This document shows, piece after piece, positions 57,103 to 64,000 of a DNA stretch of 64,000 bases (the stretch's first letter is position 1; each line of letters opens with the position of its first letter). The position numbers and the translations under genes are program-made. A model generated the notes under the pieces. The model had not been told where the DNA came from. It did not search any database and saw only the letters and a list, made by a program, of their open reading frames with translations. Source of the DNA: a virus. Its lineage: Duplodnaviria > Caudoviricetes. The stretch is taken from positions 1-64,000 of IMG/VR virus record IMGVR_UViG_3300035497_000313, one strand, 5' to 3'.

Positions 57103-57304
57103 TATCCACCTCATGACTTTTGCAAATATCAAGTTTTTTAAAATTTTCAATTTTCCAATTAAATAAACTACACCAATAACGTTTATCACAATAATTATGA
57201 GTTTCCATATAACTACTTTTAAGAAATCGACAACCATTACAGTTATCATTAGGTACTTCTGCAAAAATTCTAATCGTTTTCATTTTTATTCTCCATACAC
57301 TCAA
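57095..57304 (-). CDS. Small Cys-rich protein
   Basis: CNGCRF...CSLF; real start probably MKTIRI. Confidence 0.5.
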   Translation of the reverse strand: MSVWRIKMKTIRIFAEVPNDNCNGCRFLKSSYMETHNYCDKRYWCSLFNWKIENFKKLDICKSHEVDNE

Positions 57305-57445
57305 TTGTTAAGGAATAATGCTTATTATCTATTTCAAAATCTATTTTATCTTTGTACGTCCTATCTATATAACCATCGTGCTTCCAAGTATTTATAAATG
57401 TTTCTTGTATGGTTTTAGCAAACTCGTCTATCATATGTTCAATTT

Positions 57446-57877
57446 TCATTTCAGTTCCCCTGTATACATTTCAATTATCTTGGCTACAGCCTCTTCTTTT
57501 GTTTTGAAACACATATCCGTATAGACTTCTTCCTGACAATGGTCTTTGTGTGGTGTATTATATTCAAGTCTTACACAAATAGCATTTTTTGAAGTGCGTG
57601 GATTATCCATCACTTTTATAGCTACCACTTTCCCACAGTACACGGCATACGGGTTACCGTATAACGCATCAAATGAATAGAAATAAACTTGCTCTCCTAA
57701 ATGGTAAGGTGGCTCTATCAACTCACCACTTTCCAACTTATCTTCTAATTCTTTAAGACGACTAAGTTTTTCTATAATTTCTTTGCTGTACTTACCACCA
57801 TATTCACAATGTGTACAGCTATCAAATACATCATCAAATTCATAATCTAAAGCCTGTATTAGCTCTACAGTTGTCAT
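57446..57877 (-). CDS. Hypothetical protein
   Basis: 143 aa, AAGGAG SD. Confidence 0.6.
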   Translation of the reverse strand: MTTVELIQALDYEFDDVFDSCTHCEYGGKYSKEIIEKLSRLKELEDKLESGELIEPPYHLGEQVYFYSFDALYGNPYAVYCGKVVAIKVMDNPRTSKNAICVRLEYNTPHKDHCQEEVYTDMCFKTKEEAVAKIIEMYTGELK

Positions 57878-57920
57878 TTATTTACTCCTTTATTATATGC
57901 TAATTGTTTTAATTTTTGAT

Positions 57921-58103
57921 TTAATAATTATATCTTCGTATATTTGGAGAGCTACGAACTTCTTGTTTTCTAATTTCATTATAGGCATCATTTTCTTTTT
58001 TCCATTCTATGTAATCTTTACATACACCATGACAGCCTACTTTCCTCCCTGTTTCAGGAGTACACTTTCTACAAGGGCATATTGGTAACATCTTATTTTC
58101 CAC
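57921..58103 (-). CDS. Small Cys-rich protein
   Basis: PCRKC...RKVGCHGVCKDY. Confidence 0.55.
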   Translation of the reverse strand: MENKMLPICPCRKCTPETGRKVGCHGVCKDYIEWKKENDAYNEIRKQEVRSSPNIRRYNY

Positions 58104-58310
58104 CTTATCATTTAAAATTTATTTCTATGCCTGTAATTTCGGTTGTACGCTAGTTGTGTTACTTGTCTGTATTATTTTCTTATTGACGTAACAAATCGAC
58201 ACACAAGACGATTTACAAGCTTTGCACCAAGGTGCATCTTTATATTCTGCGTAAATACATTTCTTACAATTTTTACTTTTCATTTCCCACACGTCCTTCA
58301 ATACTCTTAT

Positions 58311-58448
58311 TTAGTTGTTTAAATTTAATTTATTTTGTACCAACAATGTTATGTAAGCCGATACAGTTATTCCTAGTTCAGATGCTTTTGTTTTTAATTG
58401 TTCATATACATCTTGCGACAAAGAAATCATTACTTTCTTTCTAGCCAT
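58311..58448 (-). CDS. 45-aa ribbon-helix-helix (CopG/Arc-like) DNA-binding protein (not in track)
   Basis: MARKKVMISLSQDVYEQLKTKASELGITVSAYITLLV; GGAGG SD. Confidence 0.75.
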   Translation of the reverse strand: MARKKVMISLSQDVYEQLKTKASELGITVSAYITLLVQNKLNLNN

Positions 58449-58458
58449 ATTATACCTC

Positions 58459-58510
58459 CATTTATATAAATTACTGTTTATAGTATAACAGTAATTTATA
58501 TAAATGTCAA
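58459..58510 (-). promoter_or_regulatory. Promoter embedded in a perfect inverted repeat with 20-bp arms
   Basis: catttatataaattactgtt-tatagtat-aacagtaatttatataaatg; TTGACA-N17-TATACT. Confidence 0.8.
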
Positions 58511-58590
58511 ATACTTTTTATATAATTTTTATATAATTTTTCAATAAAAAATTACTCCCACAATAAGTAGGAGTAATTTAATAATAGGTT

Positions 58591-58869
58591 TTATTTATAA
58601 ATAATATCTGTTTGTCCTGTAATTTTCGTAATTGAACTTTCTTTATCTTCTTTAACTATAAATCTTATCGGTAAAGACCTAGATAGTTCTGTTCTTATAG
58701 ATTCTTGCATACGTTCCAACTCAAGATTGTTATAAAAGCAAGTAATAGTTCTTGTAGCAGATACAGTTTTTACCACTGCTGTTTTTGTAGAATCCATATC
58801 CAAAATTAGTTTTTCATCTACCGTATAACCACCTAATCTATGAACCAACCAAGTTTTGAATTTATTCAA
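58591..58869 (-). CDS. Hypothetical protein
   Basis: 92 aa, GGGAGG SD. Confidence 0.55.
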   Translation of the reverse strand: MNKFKTWLVHRLGGYTVDEKLILDMDSTKTAVVKTVSATRTITCFYNNLELERMQESIRTELSRSLPIRFIVKEDKESSITKITGQTDIIYK

Positions 58870-58889
58870 TTACAAGACCTCCCTTGTTA

Positions 58890-59729
58890 TTATTCTATTT
58901 CTTCTGTTTTCTTCTTCCTCTCATTAGGTTGTTGAACATAAGCTTTGTTTACAAGTTCGTTAAATACTTTTGTATACTGACAAGTACTGCCAAATAAATG
59001 TTTAAAGTAAGCGTTCATTATGGCAACTACTTTATCATCCTTATCTTCTTCCATTCTTTTTACTTTTACTACTTTACCGTCATCGAATGTAACAATAGTA
59101 TATAAACCACTAAATACTACTTTTTCTATTCCTAAATCTGTTTTATCCATTGTAATAATTCTCATCTTCATTTTATCCAATGCTTTGCTAAATTTTTGTA
59201 TTGCTTCTTTCTTATTTAAATTTTTATCTTCAATATTATCATCTAATATACGAACATCGACTCCATTTTTAATTACTTCATTTGTAGTAGCATCTACAAT
59301 AGTCATTGTGCCACTATACGTAGCACCAGAACCTGCTGTTGTTGATTCTTTATGTGTATAATCGATTGAAACTAATGCCGATTTACCAGTGCTTGCTAAT
59401 CTTATTCCATCTTCTCTATAATCTCCACAAGAACCATCGTCCCATCTTACTGAATAGTTATTTGAGTTAGATACATAATTATACTTCCTACTAATAATTG
59501 TTCCAGTAATACTACACCACACGGATTCTACTTTATCTCCAACATTAAATTTAAACTTTCTTTCACATAACTCTAAAAATTTCTCTTTTATAGTTATATC
59601 TTGATTATTGCACATATTAACTGTATATTCTCTTTTTGCTATGTCATATCCTATTATAGTTCCATCTATTCCTTTATAAATATAAGGACAATCAACTGTT
59701 CTTACTTTATCTCCAACATTAAACTTCAT
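58890..59729 (-). CDS. Protein with two N-terminal KOW/SH3-like repeats
   Basis: KFNVGDKV twice; C-terminal TIVTFDDGK..VK...D.DD. Confidence 0.6.
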   Translation of the reverse strand: MKFNVGDKVRTVDCPYIYKGIDGTIIGYDIAKREYTVNMCNNQDITIKEKFLELCERKFKFNVGDKVESVWCSITGTIISRKYNYVSNSNNYSVRWDDGSCGDYREDGIRLASTGKSALVSIDYTHKESTTAGSGATYSGTMTIVDATTNEVIKNGVDVRILDDNIEDKNLNKKEAIQKFSKALDKMKMRIITMDKTDLGIEKVVFSGLYTIVTFDDGKVVKVKRMEEDKDDKVVAIMNAYFKHLFGSTCQYTKVFNELVNKAYVQQPNERKKKTEEIE

Positions 59730-59938
59730 TTTTTCTTATTAATACTCCTCTTTAATTATTCCTTTTTCTATTTTTTCTTCTAATTCATAAAGCCTGTTAG
59801 CATATTCTACAAATTTTATATATAAATCTTCTTTATCATTTACGTTTAATAATTCTACCTTATCCTTAGGTGTTAATCTCTCATATTTCATAATTTAAGT
59901 ATAAAATAGTAATTATAAACTGTCAAATGAATTTTTGA

Positions 59939-60178
59939 CTACTTAGATTCCGTTTCTAAATACTTTAATGTTTCTTCATAACTATCAAATAAATAATTAA
60001 TGTGTACAACATAAGATGTATGAACACAATCATTACTGTTACATTTTACATAATTATCAGGACTAAATTGTTGTAATTTAAATTGAAATTGTTCATCGCT
60101 AATAACTACTTCTTGTATTTTGTATACACCTAATCCTTCATTTAAAATTATATACTTTAGCTTTGAATTTCCAATCAT
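59939..60178 (-). CDS. Hypothetical protein
   Basis: 79-aa ORF. Confidence 0.5.
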   Translation of the reverse strand: MIGNSKLKYIILNEGLGVYKIQEVVISDEQFQFKLQQFSPDNYVKCNSNDCVHTSYVVHINYLFDSYEETLKYLETESK

Positions 60179-60789
60179 TTAATAAACCCTCGCATCTTCA
60201 CTGTTGTAAATATATCTTCTACATAGTTATCAAATTGCTCTGTTGTATAAGCTGGAAGATTCTTCCTTTCCATTACAGGTAAATAGATAACTTCACCTTT
60301 AAGTGTTGACGATAAATAGTAAAAGTTGTTGCAAGTTACTACTAAATAGAGCTTTATCTTACGCCTCTCGGCGTCAGAAAGTACCATATTAAAGAACTCT
60401 ATGTGCCTTGCGAAGTTATATACATCTGACCCGCTGTCTAGCCCGTCTATAAAGATACCATATTCTTTCATTCCATCGGGTGGTCTTACATTACTTACCC
60501 ATTGTGAAAACATATTCTCGTAATGCTCGTGCTCACTACACCACGCTTTCTGTAATGCAACACTTAAACTATACATATTATCAATACTGTTTATATCTTG
60601 GAAATGAAAGGCTTCATTACAATCTAAATATGAAAACTTAATATCTTTACTCTTAAAGAAATCTCTTAATTCTTCTAATAGAGTACTCTTTCCACTCCCA
60701 TTACAGCCAGCAAGAATTGTCATTCCTTCGACTAATTCAAACTTAGTTCTTTCAAAAATATCTAACTCGTTCTTTAATGTAATTTCCAT
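60175..60789 (-). CDS. ABC/AAA-type P-loop ATPase
   Basis: GMTILAGCNGSGKST; degenerate Walker B IFIDGLDSG. Confidence 0.7.
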   Translation of the reverse strand: MEITLKNELDIFERTKFELVEGMTILAGCNGSGKSTLLEELRDFFKSKDIKFSYLDCNEAFHFQDINSIDNMYSLSVALQKAWCSEHEHYENMFSQWVSNVRPPDGMKEYGIFIDGLDSGSDVYNFARHIEFFNMVLSDAERRKIKLYLVVTCNNFYYLSSTLKGEVIYLPVMERKNLPAYTTEQFDNYVEDIFTTVKMRGFIK

Positions 60790-60806
60790 TAATTGTTTTC
60801 CTCATA

Positions 60807-63800
60807 TTAAACTACATCAATATCAATAAGCTTTAACATTTGATATAATACTGATACTGGTTTGCCAGCCTTTACAGTCAACCAAGTCAATTGTACAAAT
60901 GTGCTAAAATCATATTCATTGTTAACTTGTTTTCCTAAACTATTTGCTATTTTATACGATTTATCAAGAAATTTAAACTTATCACTATAATCTGAACTAC
61001 TATTACGATATTCGGTATAGTATTCAAATAACTTATCTACAGATTCTTTCTTTACTTTTAAATTCATTACATCTCCTCCTGTAAATATACTAACGCTTCC
61101 TCATATGTATCAAAAATATATTTTTTATCTACATAAAAAACATCATAATCAAATGTATTTTCATGAATAACTGTTACATATTTTTTACTACTATCAAATC
61201 CTTCTACTGTTTTTACGCTTATAATTTGTTTTATTGTTGGACTTGATTCCGATATAATATATTTTTCTTTAATATTACTTTTTATTGCTTTATAATCTTT
61301 TTTATCTTCTAAAAACGATTTTATTATTTCAATTGCTATTTCTAAACCACTATTAAAAATCTCATCATTATATTCAAATATTTCTTTTTTACTATCTTCT
61401 ATTTTATCAATAATAGTTTCCAATATACATTGTAATCTGTTATCTTCCATTTTTATTTATTCCTTATATTACCAAAGATTTCGTTCTTTTAATTCTTTAA
61501 CTATACAATCAATAAGTTGATAATCATATGCAGTTTGTGGATAACTTTTATCAAAAGCACAATCATAACAAGCATAATGATAAGCCATAGCACCATAAAT
61601 TTCTACTTGTGATTTTGCTAATGTCTTTATAGAATTTCTAATTCTACCTCTTTTATAATTAAGTCCCATAATTTACCTTCCTACAATTCGTCTTTCTCAT
61701 TACTAAGAAATAGAGGACAATCACTTCTTCTAACATTATTTGCACAAGGTATCCAAATTGTATCATCTGATGTGTTTCCTATTGTAGAAAGAGCAAAACA
61801 ATAAGCATCATTATGTCCACCACCAATAAGTACAAAAGGACACTCAAAACACCTTTTAGGTATTTCGTCTACTATTACTTTTAATACTTTCATAATTATT
61901 ACCTCAATGAATTATGCTGAAACAAATCCTTTTTCTTTTTCTTCTTTCCATATTTCTAATGTTGTAGTAAAACTTTTAATTTTTGTTTCACTATCTTTCT
62001 CAACTTCAACGACAACATCAACCCAAATTGTTCCTCTCACTTTATATTGTTTTTCTTCTATTACTCTCTTTATATAATATTTTTCACCCATTTTTGTTCT
62101 CCAGCTTAATTAATTGGTCTATTACATATTTAACATCACTATAAATAAGTTCTGTAGTCCAATGTATTACTCCACAACTCGTACCGTCTGCCCATACCTT
62201 ATAATCACAACTATGTGCATAGTCCCAACCTAAATACATCAAATTATCAGTTGAATCCCAATAAGCATCACCATCATAACTAAATCCACCGTGTACGTCT
62301 ACATCAAAAAGTTTATCGTCAGAACAATCTTCTACATCTAATTTACATTCAACGTATGCACAGGGATAACCACCGTGTGATACTATACAAAATTTATGTT
62401 CTTTATAAATTCCTTTATATAATATTTCTGTATTGTCAGAATTTTCATTTGTATATACCATTTCTTTCATTGTTTGTTCATCTGTAGTATTTTCAACAAC
62501 ATCAATAGCAATGTCTAACTTCTCAAAAACCACTTGTTTTGCATAGTCGTCTAATTCATCAACTTCATCTATGAGCTTATCTTGAATCTGTTTTAATAAT
62601 TCTAAAAATTGCTGTTTTGTCATACTCTATTCTCCGAAATATTGAATTCTGTTTCTTCTATTGTTATAAATCCAATAGGAGTTTTCTTATGTGTTCTATA
62701 ATCCTCTAACCAAACTGTATATGAAACATTAATTTCAGTTGGTATTATCTCAACATATAACTTATTTGTTTGATAATGATTTTTACATTCTATAATTTTA
62801 CAAAGGCTATTGAAGCACTCTCTAAGTTTATTAAATTCATACGCTTTATTTAATTCACCAAAGCGTTTATCTATTGACTTAAATATTACTTTCATTACTT
62901 ATTCCTCATATAATATTGTATAAAACAATTCATTTGTATCACACTTGCCATTATTATGCTGTTTAATTGTTACATTTTGAATAAGTATATTTTGAATCTT
63001 AATATTTGGATTCGTTGCTAACCACTTATTTATTTCTTTATCTATATCTTCTTTTGTAGAAATTGTGTACTTACATCTGGTAGTTCTAAAACTAATACCT
63101 CTTTCTTTATCCTCAGCATCTTTAAGAAAATCAATATCATATGTATAACCGTCTGTAACATAAAATGTAAATGTTTTAATCTTCATCTTCGTCCTCCTTT
63201 AACGTACAGATTCCAGCATCCCTTACAGGACAATTATCGTAACTCCATTCTGCATTATTGTTATTAGGGCAATTTTCACAATCAAATGTCCCCGTATTAA
63301 ATAGTCCACTCATTCTTGCTGGAATTACTATTTTAGTATTACATTCGTCACAACATCTTCCACCATATTTTACAGGGTAAGGGTTGTTTCCATATCCTTC
63401 AAATTCTTTTCCACATATACAACACTTCACGTTATTATTTCCCCTTACAAATGTTTATTATATTTATGTTTACTGTTATTACCACTTACTTTAATTTCAG
63501 TAACTTCAAACACGCTACCATCTCTATCAATATGTTGTGTATAACCTTTTCCACCATATTGCTTTATAAGGTCTTTAACTATACTAACAGATAGACCACC
63601 TACAAAATTATAAGGTGCGATATGGTCTTCTTCATCTATATAATATCCACATACATCAGACATTACTTTTTCGTCTGTAAAATCTTCTGGAAATTCGTAA
63701 TAATTTAATCTCATTTGTAACTCCTTTAATTGCAACGTATATAAATATTATAAGGGTCAAAACCTTCTTCTGCTTTTGTAGTATTTAATATACAAGCGTG

Positions 63801-63935
63801 TCCGCTATCTATTGTATCTATTACAGATTTTAAATTGCCACCTTTTAACGGGTCGATTTGTATATATACTCTTGCGTTAGGTTTTTGCCTCTTTAGTACT
63901 TCCATTAACTCTTTTACAGTCATAGTGTTTATCAT
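60807..63935 (-). other. Run of small early-type hypothetical genes (60807-61067, 61067-61450, 61469-61669, 61681-61893, 62084-62623, 62620-62895, 62899-63186, 63176-63430, 63445-63735, 63726-63935)
   Basis: Closely packed co-oriented ORFs; 62084..62623 has VHGGFSY...GWDYAH; 63176..63430 has a Zn-finger CCICG...CCDECN. Confidence 0.65.
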
Positions 63936-63964
63936 AACAGTTGCTCCTTAGTTATTTATCTTAG

Positions 63965-63997
63965 TTATAGTATAACACTATAATAAATAAAAGTCAA
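63965..63997 (-). promoter_or_regulatory. Conserved promoter with palindrome over -10
   Basis: TTGACT-N17-TATACT; TTATAGT-N5-ACTATAA. Confidence 0.8.
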
Positions 63998-64000
63998 CTG

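Noticed and set aside
57103-57264. Hydrophobic N-terminal extension on the HNH protein
   Set aside because: Overlaps the neighbouring ORF in another frame; the SD-supported start is at 57102.
60175-60789. Candidate N-terminal half of the split terminase
   Set aside because: Walker A context is ABC/AAA-like, it has its own Walker B region, and there is no C-terminal IntN.
1-64000. Stop-codon reassignment; tRNA or rRNA genes
   Set aside because: Long genes are intact under the standard code with dense packing. No cloverleaf or rRNA-like segments were recognised by eye; tRNAscan-SE would be decisive.

Overview
AT-rich segment of a large tailed dsDNA phage with T4-like head genes. Firmicutes-type SD and sigma-A promoter signals suggest a Bacillota host (inference). 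Essentially all real genes are on the minus strand. Left to right: prohead protease fused to a coiled coil, portal, the C-terminal half of TerL starting with a split-intein C-fragment, holin and tail fibres (1-17 kb). Next come pyrophosphatase and a block of acidic, probably virion-internal proteins, two carrying YafQ/RelE and MazF/PemK domains (17-30 kb). Four tandem DNA methyltransferases, primase, RtcB and TnpB follow (30.7-37.5 kb). An accessory cassette interrupted by a group I intron lies downstream of an agr-like module: membrane protein, AgrD-like peptide and AgrB-HTH fusion (37.7-44.3 kb). A second tail-fibre locus includes a poly-G frameshifted gene (44.5-49.7 kb). A solo Cas7/RAMP-like gene is followed by a ~670-nt non-coding array with 5-nt periodicity (49.8-51.2 kb), and many small early-type genes fill 51-64 kb. 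The strongest candidates for new biology are the RAMP + pentamer array, the kinase-less agr-like circuit with candidate operators, and the split-intein terminase whose N-half is absent from the window. All family assignments come from motif recognition by eye; no searches were run.
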